DNA from: Perna viridis
Lineage: Eukaryota
Direction: 5' to 3'
DNA length: 64,000 nucleotides
Assembly: GCA_037379345.1 (NCBI GenBank)
Contig: CM074514.1
Span: forward strand, 6,510,001 to 6,574,000
Shown here: piece by piece, positions 1 through 14,704 of the stretch
Position numbering within the stretch: position 1 is the first letter of the stretch
Layout of the letters: every line of letters begins with the position of its first letter
Notes under the pieces: model-generated
What the model saw: only the letters and a program-made list of their open reading frames with translations
Databases searched by the model: none
What the model was told of the DNA's origin: nothing
Translations under genes and position numbers: made by a program

Positions 1-770
1 CTGGGGATTTTTAATCTGTCGAAAAACATGGCCGTTGTTTCTAAAAATAGAACATAGGGGTCGAACAGTAGTTTTTCACATATATCCAACACTGTTAAAT
101 TAAGCCAAATTTTGATGTGGATAAAAGTGTTCAGCATGATGAGATCTATCTGTGGTCAAATTATCATTTTAATCTGAAGAGTCATGTTGGAATTACTGCC
201 CTTTTTTGACACTTTTTGCTGTTTTTAATGTTATTGATTTCAAAAATCTTATCCTCTGACACTACAGGATTAATTGGAACCAAACTTGGTATGAATGTTT
301 CTTATGGTATCCTACATAGAACTATAGTGGGGATTTTTGATCCGTTGAAAAACATGGCCACCATTACTAAAAATAGAAAGAGGGGCCAGACAGTAGTTTT
401 TCGCATATATCTCGTTAGATTTAGCAAAATTATTTCATTGCTGAAATGACCCTTATTATAAGGCCTTCAAAAGTCTTTAAGGATCAACGTTGTCAAGCGA
501 CTCCTTGTAAGAGTTATTGCCTTTGAAAGATGAAAAATGATGTTTTTTTTGGTTTTTTTTGTTTTTTGTTTTTTGTTTATAGTTTTCAGGCAATATCTTG
601 AAAAACTACAATAGATACAGAGAAACTTTCAATCACTGAAATGATCCTTATGATAAGTCCTACCAAAGTCTTCTTGAATCAAAATTGTTGGACAACTCCT
701 TGTTAAATTTATTGCCCTTGAAAGACAAACTTTAACCAGGTGAGTGATTCAGGCTCCTCGCAGCCTTTTA
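1..770 (+). mobile_element. Non-autonomous Helentron/HINE-like element, family A (5' truncated by the window)
   Basis: Internal repeat AAAACATGGCC...AAAAATAGAA; 3' AACCAGGTGAGTGATTCAGGCTC..AGCCT subterminal IR plus stem; homologous to 14331-14704, 28781-29873, 63436-63844. Confidence 0.75.
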
Positions 771-1222
771 CTTGAGTATATAGGGGCAACTCTTTTGCTG
801 TACCTGTGTATAATAATGTTTTTGGGCCAGCTGCAGACTGCCCTGTGGTGTGAGGGTTTCCTCATTGTTCATTGAAGTCCAATAGTTGGCCTAGGGATGA
901 CATTTTTATCCTGGTGGGGTTGTTGTCTCCTTTTCTCGTTGTATTCTAATCGATTAAAGTCAAAAGTTAGAATTATCCCTTCATCAAAGCCTTACTTTGT
1001 TTGGAATTATTTGAACTGCTGACTGATCATCGTTAATGACGTCACAGTACCAAGTAAGTTTATAGAAAATTACCTATTTTGCTGAGATGAACAATCAGGG
1101 GCTTAGGATAACAATAACACTGAAATGATAATGAAACTTATTTCTCTGTTTCATTCAGGGTCAGAACTAACTTTGAAATAGTTGGAAGATTAGCATAAAA
1201 TATCACTCTAGATAGCTGAAGA

Positions 1223-1930
1223 TTTTTACATGACCAAAAAAAATTATGGTTGCATATAGATAGTATCTCCCTGTTGATGTTGTCGGCGGCGTTGTTGGCA
1301 TCCATTACCTTTATATATGAAAACTTGAGTAAAATTTATTTTACATTTTTTTAAATTTTAACACATCGTTCCTAGGAACATGGCTGAGGACCATATAGTT
1401 TTTAGAGATTTTTGCCCAACCCCTTTTGGAAATAAGGGACTAGAAGAGAGAAAATAGGTACTATCATAAGAATTGATAGAAAAAGGTTATTGTTGATCCA
1501 TTTTTTATGGTTCAGATGCTGTTCTGTTCTTTTTAAAGTTCTGTTTTGAGGATTCTGGAGTTAAAAGGGTATCAAATTTGGTCATGCCCCAAAAAAAATT
1601 AACTTTTTAATTTTTGATCCGATTTCAAAAATATGTTTTTATTGGATTCCTTATGAAAACCCCTGCCTGCGTTTTTCAATCAGGTTTCTTATGGTTTTCA
1701 AGTTATAAGGAGCCAGAGGGGCCACAGCCTTAAAAATAGATATTATTATATTTGGTTCAATTTCGAAAATTTTAGTTTTTTTATTTTTTTAATTCCTTTT
1801 GAGAATCCCTCTCTGTGTTTTACAATCAGGTTTCAGATATTTTTTTGAGTAAATAGGGGTCAAGAGTACCACATCCCAAAATATTTACTTTTTTATTTCA
1901 GGTCTGATTTTTTTTCTTAATGTTCTTTAT
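1223..1930 (+). mobile_element. Interspersed repeat family B (probably Helentron-type)
   Basis: Shares GGATTCCTTATGAAA..CCTGC..TTTTCAATCAGGTTTC..GTTATAAGG units with 9137-9812; boundaries approximate. Confidence 0.55.
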
Positions 1931-4900
1931 TTTGATTGTAAAGTAACTAGCACTAAAGGGCAGACTGCACACAGAAATTTGATAGTAAAGATAGAAAATC
2001 ATTTTTGCATGATTTGAAGAATTATAATGTATTAAGACAAATACTAATGCATGTTTTCTGTGTCACTGCAATCCAGTGATCAAATTGCCAAGATCTGAAA
2101 TTAGATATCGTTTTATTATGCACATGTCTGCATTGGAAACATTCTTTGTAGGAATGTTCTTGTATAAATAGTTTTATGTGTTTTGTTTAATTGTCTGAAA
2201 GAAATTAATCAGTTCAGCAAATTTAGTTAACATTACAGTAGTTCTAAGGAATAGTGATATTGACATTGGGTGGTACTACATACAAAGTAATATGAATACC
2301 TAGGAAATCATTGTTTGGTAGCTAGAGTTGATCAGTAAGAGTAGAGAAACATTTATTCCTTTCCTACCTTCATGATACTATTAGGTTGTTCAGTCTGTAA
2401 AACTTATGAAGTTTTCGTAAACCAAGTACATGTATTCAAATAAATGTACCCAGTTTCATGAAGAATCTCAAATTAAGATTGTCCTCAAATAATTCCTCAG
2501 CTCAAATTTTGACCAATCAGATCAATTGAAGTTGAAGATTTGAGGAAATTCTGGACTTCGGAATTTTTATGAAACCCAGGCCAGGATGATTAACTGTATA
2601 ATATTAGATATTATTTGTGCCTTAATGTTTTCTGGACTCAAGAATTTTAAGCAAGACTTGCTGTCTTTCTAAGTAAATTACATGTCTACTTTTTACGATT
2701 AAATACATTGTAACTAATATTGTGTATTCTATCAAATGTCTCTAAAATCCACCCTTCATACAAAGGTTAACCTACATATCATTCTGTATTCTAGTACAAT
2801 TCCTAAGACCAAGGTATAGGTATTGCTTCTTCCACATACATGCCATTAGGAAGATAATTGAATCTCTTGAACACATTTTGAAATTAATCATTTACCAATT
2901 TGTATAAGTTCATTTTATGAATTTCAAAATTTCAATAATGTAATGCCTTTAAAACATAATTATATAGCCTCTTAACTTTTATAGGATATCTTAGTATGGT
3001 GCATTTACTGTGTAATGGTATTCAAATATTTTTTTTACATTTTTGAATATGGTTTTGAGAATTTTTTGCATTTGGTTGCTCTTTTAGAGATTTGTTAAAT
3101 CATATTTAATTGTTAAATTCATAGCTCAACCTGCCTTTGTGATTTGTTTGTTGATGTTTTTTTTTACTTAAAGGCCTTACTTGGATCTCATCATTTCCAT
3201 GCAAAAGTGTATCAAGAATTTTGTATGTAAATGGATTTTAGGAGCTTCATATAGTGTAGCATAAGCTGTAGGATGATAATAAAACTAATTTGAAAAAACA
3301 CACAATAATGAATTCACAATAATTTTGCTTTAAAAAATTAAAAGATGAAACCTGACAGTGTTTCATTGGATGAAAAATTGAATACATTTAGCAGTGAGGG
3401 TGCAGGGGTTGAAAGCCCTTTTTGTTGGAATATTTTTGGTTTCTTTCTATTTTTAGGTAAAAGCCTGAACCCCCTTTCTTCTTGAATCCCCTCTCTGGAT
3501 ATGTCATTATCACCTAGTAGTTGCCAAGGTGATATCCAGTGCCCTATAGTTCAGGCTGCCATATACTTTGATAAATAACATTATATTTGTGCTATTTATG
3601 CTATCCATTTACAAAAAAATTTTGAGAAATTAGAAATGACTTTATTTTAAGTGGTCAGTAAATTATATACTCCATTTCCTATTCATTGTTTAGGGGAAGT
3701 TAATGTCCATTTTAAATGGTCATCTAGCAATAGTGAAAATCATACAAACATGATTTACAATCCATTGAAACAGATAATCTAGTTATATCTATGGATAATA
3801 TACTGTTACTTGATCTGATAATTTAGACTCAGACTTTGTCAACCTGTCAACGAAAATCTGATACACATACTACTTGATAGTGGGACTTAATAATAATATG
3901 TTATAAATAAATGATTATATGGTACCCGTATGACTTGAAACAGAAGATGATGAATTAGATAAGTCAAAATTCAACAGGATATATTCATTTTAAGGTTTTC
4001 TGGGTTCATTTTGAAATACAGATTCAGAGTAAAAGTATATCAAGTTTTTATTGGGGTTTTATAGCCATAGTATAACATTCATTTGATGAATTCATCACCA
4101 TTTCTAATTTCCAGATTCACAATTAAGGACATATGTAACTTTACTGATATAATATTTTCTAGATTGGTTTAGGTAGTGATACCTTGGATAGGGTATTGAA
4201 TGAAATAATGTTCATCTTCTCATAAAATCCAGTATCATGCATTATATCTGGTATTAACCTTATAAGTCAAGACATAAAACTATAGTCATTGTCATCTGAA
4301 CTGACATATTGTCTTCAACCATTCACTGAGAGACTTTCATCTAATCATGTGACATATTTTCATTGTCCATTGTACAATACTTTTATCTGGTCATGTGTGA
4401 GTTTGTCACTTTAGGTAATTGTGTATGAGAACAGACATACAATTTGTCATGGCTATTTACCCTGGACATGTCAGGTGAAAAACTCAACGAAAATCTCCAA
4501 TTTTACTTGGTTTGTGAACTGCATATGAACTTTATATATTGACTTTTCCTTTTCTTATTAAACATGTGGGCTGAAATTATTGCTATGTTGCAAGTTCAAA
4601 GGTCATCCATTCAAACTGATTTTAAACCCTTAAGCAGAAAAAAAATTTATTGGTGCAAGTTTATTGTACTCCAACTAAATTCAAAAGGGCTCTCAACCTA
4701 AATTTGAACCAGGGTGTACTGCAAACAACTTAAAGGTTTAGGTTTTTTTAAAAATTAAAATTGGTGCATTTCAATACTTCTACATAAAGGTATACTGAAT
4801 ATATAACCAACAGTGTTAGTTTTCCTTACAAGGAATATTTAGTTTCCTAATATTGCTTTTGAATTTTACTTTAAAAGTTGAAAAGACCAAGAAAGGGCCT

Positions 4901-5937
4901 TTTCTGCTTGAGCTATAGAATTCAGTTATGCCAGAAATGAACTATTGGAGTGGTGACTTTAGTGGCAAATACAGTTTGAAGGCAATCACAAGAACCAAGA
5001 TGTAGAAAGAAAAGATAAAAACCTAGCTATAAGTAAATGAGTCAAGACTACACAAAAAATACTTTTATGTAAAATTGTATCAAAACTAAGAGAAACAAAG
5101 AACCAAAGACTCTGGCAACATTCACTAGTCAGTTACTCAGTCATCTGGTGGTCCTAAAAACTATGATAATGTTCTCATCCCATATTTTAGCTAACCACAG
5201 TATAGGTGATAATGAATAAGGAAAAAAACACCCAATTGTCAAAAGTCGACTATGCATACATAATGGTGATCTTTAAATACTATAATTACCTCATAATGTA
5301 AACACTTGAAAAATAGATGGAGAGATGATTTCTGTCAGTGCAAATAAACATCAAAGAGAACTCACCTTGACTGGAAGATGGTCTAGATTGGTATCTATCA
5401 AATTGATGCCAATCATATATAGAGATGTTATTGGAAAGTGACATAATCAGCATGGAATCAACATTCAGAGATATCCTCAAGTGTTGACATATACTGTATT
5501 ATACCACAACACCCATCTTATAATGGCTTTTTAATGTCATAGGAATTAAGTTCATGACATCAATGTGGAACTTGTCTAATCTAGGAATACTGAGTTTTTT
5601 TGGTCAATGCAGAATTTCAATTTTTATGTTCCTGTGACTTTCAGGGGCACCTTATTTTACCCCTGTTTGTCTGTGTTTTGTCCATTCATCCATCTATCTG
5701 TTTGTCCATCCAGATAGGGGTAAATTGTTTGTCTGCCTGTCTTCACCAACAGTTTTTGAGAAACAGTTTTGAAATGGCAAGGCCTAAGGATTTTGATTTG
5801 TGTAAAACATTGCTGAAATTAGAGATAGTTGAACAAAGCAGCATCATTCCATAGGGTTACATGGCATGTTTTATTTTAATATCACCTCATTACCTTTATA
5901 TGTTCATTTTTATAAAGAACATTGTCTTAAACATGTA

Positions 5938-6127
5938 CTGTAAACTTATTAATTTTCACAGATTCTGTCAATTGAGCATATTGGTGGGTATCAGTTTTCA
6001 CAGTTTCAAAAAATGATAAGCATTCTACACTGTTAAAACTCAATTTTGCTGGTACTGTTTTTCATGCTTTTCTGTCCACTGCGAAAATAGCAAAAATTAG
6101 TGCACCGTGAAATGAATACTTTTACAG
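5938..6127. mobile_element. Tc1/mariner-type MITE
   Basis: TA|CTGTAAA ... TTTACAG|TA. Confidence 0.65.
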
Positions 6128-6256
6128 TATGTGTAGGGGTATTATTCATGTCTTCCAGAACCAAATAAGTTTCTGAGGCCATCTAAAACTTCCATGTGGA
6201 ATGGGGGGGGACATCTTTATCTTTTTTTCCAGTTTTCATATTGTTATTCCAATAAC

Positions 6257-6596
6257 CTGTCTAAAGGAGGAGGAGCACTCACAAACGTGTTTAATCTTTC
6301 CATTTACATTATGTGCCTGTCCCAAGCCTGGAACCTGTAATTCAGTTGCTGTCATTTTTTTTTATGTTCCTTGTTATTTGTTTTGTATTTTTTTTACTAT
6401 GTAGATTAGAGCGGTTTTCATCTTTTATGAATTGCTTCACTTCATTCGTTTTTGGGCTTTTTACAGCTTGCTTTATGGTATGGTTTTTGCCCATCATTGA
6501 AGATCGTAGGGTGACCTGTTGAAGTTTAGTTGTTTGTCGCTTTGCATTTGGTGGATGACTGTGTCATTGGGAATCATACCACATCACCTATTTTTC
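6257..6596 (+). repeat. Abundant interspersed repeat recognised as Mytilus-like
   Basis: GTGCCTGTCCCAAG..CCTGTAATTCAG and 3' CATTGG.AATCATACCACATC motifs; from recall, not searched. Confidence 0.5.
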
Positions 6597-7364
6597 TTGT
6601 ACTAAGGTGTGTCATGTTAGAATGGTTACAATTTATTTTATATAATCAATGAACACATTTGTTGGATGTAAAAGAATCACAATTCTGTCTGCCATTCTGG
6701 CTAAATACTCCTAAAAAGTGGATTTCAAAAAGACATTTTGGACATAGGTTTTGCATTGTATGAATAGACCTTCTTATAAGGTGCTTGCTTAGGAGATAGC
6801 CAAACTGAAGAGCTGGTTCTATGTGTTTAACATAACAGTACAAGTAGTGTAGCATCTGACTCATATTGTTAATTGTAACATATATTCTTCTCTATTGTAA
6901 GATAGTTAAATCTATATTCCTATATATTGTAGGTTTTAATTTAGTCATCACATCTGTCACCACTTTGTCTATTGTATGGCTTAAGGAAACTGTGAAGGGC
7001 ACATCCGTTGGTGCTAGCAATCATGACTTAATAAGTTTAGTCAGATCAGTCAATTAAGATAGTTCACTCTATGATCTGCAAGTCCCTTTTTTTTTGTTTA
7101 AAAAATCTTGAGTATTTTAAGTAGTACGACTGTGCAGTCTAGTTGTATGATAAATAATTGGTATGACAAGTTTTTTCATACAACATGGATTTATATATAA
7201 AGATATTCAGAATGTCACCAGACTTCTATCACGACTGTATGACCACTGTGTACAGTATAAATGTTTGAAGTAATTAACCAAGCTATATATCCTGGTGTAA
7301 CATAACAGCTGTTAGATCTTAGAATGTACACTTGATAATTCTAAATCTAATTTCTTCTGCAATG

Positions 7365-7532
7365 CAGGGGTTTTATTAACTTTTTTTCAATGCAGGTACC
7401 TTTGGTTTTGTAGGCGGTACTTTTCATCATTTTCTTTAATAAAAATGTATGAAATTTTAAAATTCAGGAGGTACCTTTCGGTGGCTTAGGAGGGTAAAAG
7501 TACCTGTGTACCACCTCTTAATGAAAGGCCTG
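7365..7532. mobile_element. MITE with CAGG termini and 6-bp TSD
   Basis: GCAATG|CAGGGGTTTTATTAA ... TTAATGAAAGGCCTG|GCAATG. Confidence 0.7.
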
Positions 7533-9136
7533 GCAATGATAAGATACATTCATGAGACTTTTTTTATGCTCTCTTTACTTGATTTATATATAAGAATAGT
7601 TTTAAGTATCATCTCTGTGTATTGAAATTCGTTTCATATTTCAAAGAATCTAAACTACCATTTTACATTAATTTTTATTTGAAAGTCACCTGAGAGCTGT
7701 AAAGAAGGTAAAAGTGAATTGCATACCCATAGGCAGGGGGTTTGGGGTTATGATGAAGCCCCACTTGGAAGTGAAAGAGTGTTAAAAAGTGTTAAAAACA
7801 AGCTTCAAATAGAGTAATTTGTCCCCCTCTAACCCCCCTCCCCCCAGTTCTTGCTATAAGCCTGAATTAGATAGCTAGAATGTTGTTGAAAAAATAAGAG
7901 GTTCAACAATCTTCAAATTAGAACAAAACAAAATATTACTCATATCCCTTATTTCTTTCAATGGAAATATCTTCCATAATTTTGTCAACTGACAATAACT
8001 CTGCTAAAAGAAAAGTGACTTAAAAAATATGCTTGTGATAATTAGTATGGATGGATTTAGAAGATTGGAAAATTTAAATTAAAGAACTCTCCTTGTGTGG
8101 CCAAAATTGAACATAATTCTTTAGCAGTGGTAGCTCATTAATCAAATGTCCCCATTAGGGGTGGAGAGCCTCTCTCAGAGAAATTTAAATATTTGAGGAA
8201 TCTAGAATGGATTTCTTCAACTTGAGAACTTTTCACTTGAAAATTTTAAAACTTCTCCTCAAGGATCAGACTAAAGTAGTATAATGTCAAAGGATCAACA
8301 GTATTTCATGTATTAAATACAAACATTTGCAAGAACCTGGCAATTTCATTTAAACTTTGATAAGCATGAATGACAAAATTTAAGTATCTGGCAATGTATT
8401 ATGATTTGGTCTTAGAGTTGTCGCCTGTCTTCCATATTAAAAAAAAATAATGTCTGAAATAAAATAATTATTCTTTGAAGTTTTTACCTATCTGCTTCTG
8501 ATTTGTTCATTTTCAGTTTAATAAATTGATAAGGAAAGTTTTATGAATAGGGAACATGAAGTATAGTCTTCAATCAGATTGTCATATGTGATTTAGATAT
8601 ATGGGAACAAACCCTGTTCTACCTGACTCTTACAGAAGCCGGTAATCATTCCATTGTAACACATATTTTTAGAAGATATCACCAGGAATGTCTAAATTAT
8701 CTATGGATAAAAGTAGTAAAGTTGTGATCTGTTGAAAGGTTTGATTCTCTATGTAATCTTTTTATCTGTCTAATCATTACTTCATATAAATCTCGTCTGT
8801 ATAAGATTTTGGCTCTCAATTCCTGTCAGTAATGTGCTGTGGTTTCATCAGTAATTCAAAGTTCACATCTGAAATTCTTTATTGATGATTAACCAAGTGC
8901 TGGTGTACATCATTTACCTACAAACTTTAAGACATAGTAATACAACATCCAGGAACTGTGTGTAAAAGCGACACTGGGAATCCTTATGCAGTATTAACAA
9001 ACAGTATAGTACAGCTATATCTTAATACATGTATACTTCTTTCCTCAAAGTGTTTTGTTCTGAAGAATACATTTGCTTATGAAATCAAAGGAGGAAAATA
9101 TTACTGGTTAAGAATTTCTATGATTAGATCTTCTTC

Positions 9137-9812
9137 ATTTTTTTATACAACTGCAAAAAATGTGGTTGTATATTGGTATGGCGCTGTCTTCATCATTGTT
9201 TTATCCATGTTTGTGTCGTTGTCTGTAGACACTTAGTTTTTATGTGATAACTTGAGTATCGGTTGATCTTTATATAATTTTATAACAAGGTTCCAAACCA
9301 CAAAAGAAAGATTGGTAATAATTTTGGGGGTTATGGCCCCAACAGTCTTAGAATTAGGGGCAAAAAAGGGGCTAAACAAGCATTTCATTGAATTTAACTA
9401 TATAACTCCAATAAAATCATTGAGATATCTATGATATTATACCACAAAATTCTATACCACATTTTTCAGACTTGGATTTATTTTGGGGGTAAAAACGAAC
9501 TTTTCAGAAATTAGGAGCCAAAAAGGGGGCCAGAAACATGCATTTTTCTGATGTCCAGACAATAGCTTGACTATTAGAAAATGAATCTTTTTGAAATTGT
9601 ATTACAAGTTGCTAAACCACTTAAGGAAGACTGATTTTGATTAAAAAAAATTATTAGAATCCTTATGAAACTCTTTGCCTACATTTTTTAATCAGATTTC
9701 AGATATCTCTGACAGTTTTGGAGTTATAAGGGGCCAAAGGGGAACATTTTTTTTATTTTTGGTGTGGTTTTGGAAAATTTTTTATTAGATTCCTTGTATG
9801 AAAATCTCAGCC
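9137..9812 (+). mobile_element. Interspersed repeat family B copy
   Basis: Homologous to 1223-1930; internal ~150-bp degenerate repeats; boundaries approximate. Confidence 0.55.
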
Positions 9813-12800
9813 TAAATAGAGGAGCTTTAAGAAGTATACTTACCAAATTAACCCTATCATTTAATTTGTTTAGGAAATGATGTTTAAAGTGATCCATGAA
9901 TGCACCTTGAAATACTGAAATAGAATTTTAATATGTTGTTCAATATTGTGTTCAAATGAGCTGGAAAAGAGTTGTTGTGTCCATAAGTCCCTATGTTTAG
10001 TGTGTCAAAAACTAATATTGTATCACTCAAGTGAACAGAGTTTAACTAGCTGCAGTTGTAGCATGCTGTGCTCGGTGAGCTTTTTATTTACTGTTGCATC
10101 AAATAGGTCTCTATTTGTTCCATTTCTCAGGATATTTTTATATTTTGGGCAATTAAAAATACATTGAGAATTATGCTTTCAACTTTAGATTTACACACCT
10201 GTAGTTATTAGATGGGGTGATTTGATATTGTTCATTTTAATATTGCACTATACTCTCAAAATATTGTCTGTCTGTCTATCTGCTTTTTCATTAGCCTTTT
10301 ATCTTTTTATACTGAATACCATGTTGGCTCAATTCTCTATTTCATTGATAGATTTATGATAGGTTTATTGTCCATTCAGTGATTTAACAAAATCAGGAAT
10401 AAGTAAACAAATTATTTGATTAAGAGTAGGAAATTGACCTTACTTATGGTCTATAAGGATTATTAGTGCTTGGTGCCTTTTGGAATAATTGGTACTTAAA
10501 CCTCTTCTGCAGTGTGCCTAGGTTTGTTCTTCATTTATGGTGCTTAATTTATCTGGAAAATGTATTTAACAGAATGGATTGCAAGACTGGAACAATGGAC
10601 TGGATATATATTCATGATTTTAAATTGTTGAATGCATTAGTTCTTTTTTTTAAATACATGCACAAATCATAATATGTGTATTGTTTGTTATGAATACTTT
10701 ACTGGATCAGCGTACACTGATCACTTGGATGATTGGAAATCTCTTGCTTCTTGAATTGTATTATTGTTCTTATTCTGTAGAAAAAAGTGTTGATGTTTCC
10801 AACAACAACACAGACAAAACAAATCAATACACCACTCCACTCCAAGACTGCACTCCTTAGCATACAAAGTGCCATTGTATCTGATGTATTTGAAGCAGCT
10901 TTGTTATAACAACTGTTATTGACAGATATCATAAGTTTTAAACAAGTTATGCATTGTAGAGTACAATTAATAAAAAGATTACAAGATTTGTCCAGTTTTA
11001 TGCTATGTTTTATCAATAAATGTACTGTTTAAAAGTAGTTACAGAGAGTAATTTATCCTGTAAAGAATGTTCAAAATCTAGTTTGTCTGCCAGATAATGG
11101 GATATTGAAATCTGTATTTACAAAGGTGTTACTTGAAGTTTCAACAAAAAGGTAAAAGTTATCTTTTTAATGGCAAGTAAGATTTATTATAACATACTTT
11201 GGTGGTCTTTGTTAATTTAAGCCCAAAGTACATTTTAAGAAAGGTTTTCTCAATGCTGTAACCTGATAGCAGATTTACATATAAATCATGTGTGATAATG
11301 TACATGTTTTCTAATACAAAACTACCAAATCAACCATAAGTCTCCTGTACATGTCAGTTTACAACTTTATATCTTATGAATATAATGTTTTCTAATACTT
11401 TACATTTTCAATTATTTGTTACCTGCATAACATCCAGTGATTTTAAAATTTTAAAACTTAACATATTTGCTTTGAATTTTACAGTTATTTTTCTGCATGT
11501 AAAGGATTGGTTAAATTTTGCTTACAGTAAATATTTGCTATTAAATTCAATGCACTTTATATTAACTGCCCTAGATAGGAGCTTTATATAAATTGCAATA
11601 TTTTTGGTATCACTATTTCACTTGGCGCCTGTCTTTGTTTCTTGTGATAACATTTCCTTGAAAGCCTTAATCTAGTACTTGTGAAACAGATTAATGCTGA
11701 ACTTGGTAACAATTTTTTTGACATGTTTAACTATGTATTCATCCTCTTCTAAAAGTATTAGAAAACTATTTTATATTTCTTGATTAAAAGCAAACTGCAC
11801 CTTTTGCAAAATTATGGGGAATCATGTTTTAAATTAATTCACATTTTATAATATATATTGTGTTGCTATAATAAAAATTCAATTTAACAATTAAACTGAA
11901 GTGGACTTTGAATGATATTGCTTGGGAGATTGATGAATGAACAGAATTATAAGCTTACCAAATGATTTTGGCTACCTGTTATTTGGCAACTGGATATTGG
12001 CCATATGATTATTGTATATAAAATTGGTGATTTTATTAATTTTTATTGGCATTTTCCTTACTGCTCTTTTCATTTTTATTTTTTTTTTGTAATTTGTCAT
12101 TAGAAACATGTCTGTGGTTACCCAAGTAACAGCCAATAATTGGTTCTTAGTAATAGCTCCTGCTGAGCCATCATAGCTTATTCTTACCAACAGATATCAT
12201 GGATTTCTCTTTCATATATTGTAAGATTTTCTCACTAACTCACTTCAGTTGTCTGATCAAATGAGAAAATACAAATTGGTAAAAGCAAGTCAAGAAAATG
12301 GTTTATACATTTGTCACAATGCTGTAGTTTTGACAGGTGATTTCAATTCAGAGTTTTGGCATATAACAACAAATATGTCAACATGTGATTGTCATCTGAA
12401 GATTCTGCTTTTATGTTAAGGTAGTATATTGCGTTCCTTGTGTTCAAAATATGCCTTCATAATTTTTCTGAATAGACCAATTAGCAGAGTAACTGAACTG
12501 CTTGGTATAATCATTCAGAGCTATTGTAAAATGGTGGTAAATTGAATACAAAACACTTAAGTGGCATGTGACAGTTACATTCCCAAGATCTCTATCAAGG
12601 CTTGCCTATTTGGTAGACAAACCTTAAGCTTTGAAAAGACATTTTTGGTTCAACAAGTTTTTATCACATAATCTGATAAAAATCAACACTTTTCTGAGGT
12701 ATCAAATGAAATTTGCCTTGTAATTAGTGCTTGTTTCATTGGTAAACCTATAATCTGATGTATTGTTCAGTTTAAAGAAGCTGCAGATAATAGTGTTAAT

Positions 12801-14159
12801 GGATAAATGTTTGTTCAGGGTTTACTTCTTATGGTGTTATTATAGTACTCCTATCAGGGTAACACAGATTTATGGGTAGCAGGACCAAAACGAAAGATGT
12901 TGTGGATGTTTATAACACTATCCCCCAAATTGTTTTCAATTGAAATGATAAAGCAGCATTTAAAACATCCGTATACATTAAGACTGTTGTACTGAAGTGT
13001 CCTGCTATTGTTTTTGTTTTCTACCAGAAAGTGACAGGTATACTTATGTAAGTTTTTAGACTTAGTTTTTAATTTCCCTAGCCTCTGAGTTATTGAGTGT
13101 CCCCTATTGATAGTGATCAAATCGTAGTGAAACTTGGTATTTCTGTACATCATGATATGAGCTTTTTACAGTTACAGTGCTATTTTATTATGATTCTGTC
13201 AGCGTTAAAGAGGGCATTAGTATAGTGTCATGTTTAGAAGTTTTTGACCTTCTTTGATTAGACAGTACATTGCCATGTTGGTGTTCCACCACCCATAAAT
13301 ATTACCTATTTAAATGATTTGCTTCTGTTATTTTGTACAATTAGAAATAAACATTGGTAATATGAGAGTAATTAAGTTCTTTATCAGCATCATGTTATAA
13401 TTACTTTGAACTTAATTAAGCAATTTTTTATGAGGTTTTAAAAGTACAAAAAGATTGAATTGAGTTGACTTAAAACTAGGACCATGGCAGCACCTTGGTA
13501 CTGAATTGTATTATTCTTATTTTGACTTGATCGAAGTGTTTGACCTATCTAAATGCCAAACTTTGATTTTTTTGGTTAAAGGACTATGTGCCATGGGAAT
13601 ATTATCTTTCTCCTAGAATTTTTCTTTAGCTATATGATATGATGTTTGTAATGAGCTTGTACATGTATCCCCCATGATAACCAACCAATAATATGTTTCT
13701 TATGGAGAAGATACCTTCCCTATTGGTACATCCAACCAATGCTTCCTGAGTTTTGGTATTATCCAAGTTGTTCTCCTTATTAAGCCATTTCTGTTAGTTT
13801 ATTATCAATGATTGATTCTATCTCTGGTTTTGGACTCATGAAATCCAAGACATAGATATTGTTCTTGGCAATAAACAAGTGAAAAATAACCACATTTAAT
13901 CTTGATTTTAGCATACTAAACATAGGAAACCAAACATGTTCTTCAGTACAGATCCATTTAGGACTAGTACTACAATAAGGTTTAAAGTGGGACACAAAAA
14001 TATTTGTATAACTTAAATACATGTATATTACTAATACTTGTATGAAGAGACTGTTTTCTAGGGGTGTTCAGGGTAGTTAGCTGATAAAAAGTTCCTCAAG
14101 TATTTGTAGATTGTCACTACTTGCAAGATTGACATGTAGATAATAATTGTATTTTTCAG

Positions 14160-14267
14160 AGGAATACACTATGGTCACCTAACAGTTGCTCTATATGTAC
14201 ATGTGAAGATCCAGTGGTAATGTGTGAAGATGTACGATGTTCTAGTCCTAACTGTGACACAGACAAG
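14160..14267 (+). CDS. FRAS1: FRAS1 exon w1, VWC1
   Basis: tttttcag|...|gtatga; RNTLWSPNSCSICTCEDPVVMCEDVRCSSPNCDTDK; phase 0-0. Confidence 0.92.
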
Positions 14268-14330
14268 GTATGATACTAACCATTTGGTTTGCTACTCAAC
14301 ATTAGAATCAGGAATTGGGGGGAAAATACA

Positions 14331-14704
14331 AACATGCTAAAAATACAACATAGGGGTCAGACAGTAGTTTTTCATATATATCTCCAAAACTGTTAGGTTT
14401 AGCCAAATTCTTTCAATTGCCGAAACAATCCTTATTATAATGCCTACAAAGGTCTCCATGAGTTATGTTATGAATGGTGAAAAATTATGTTTTTTTTTTG
14501 TTTTTTTTATACAGTTTTCAACCAATATTTTGAACACTTAGATAGAAAGAAAAAAACTTTTAATGCTGAAATGATCCTTATGATAAGTCTTACCATAGTC
14601 TTCTTAAATCAAAATTGTTGGACAACTCCATGTTAAATTTATTGTGCTTGAAAGGCAAAATTTAACCAGATGAGCAATTAAGGCCCCTGGGAGCCTCTTG
14701 TTTT
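14331..14704 (+). mobile_element. Family A Helentron/HINE-like 3' fragment
   Basis: Aligns to 360-770; ends AACCAGATGAGC..AGGCCCCTGGGAGCCTCTTGTTTT. Confidence 0.75.

Noticed and set aside
216-14022. Short ORFs in the ORF track upstream of the first exon (and similar intronic ORFs elsewhere)
   Set aside because: Low-complexity F/L/I/K-rich translations of AT-rich intron or repeat DNA, with no domain signal or splice support.
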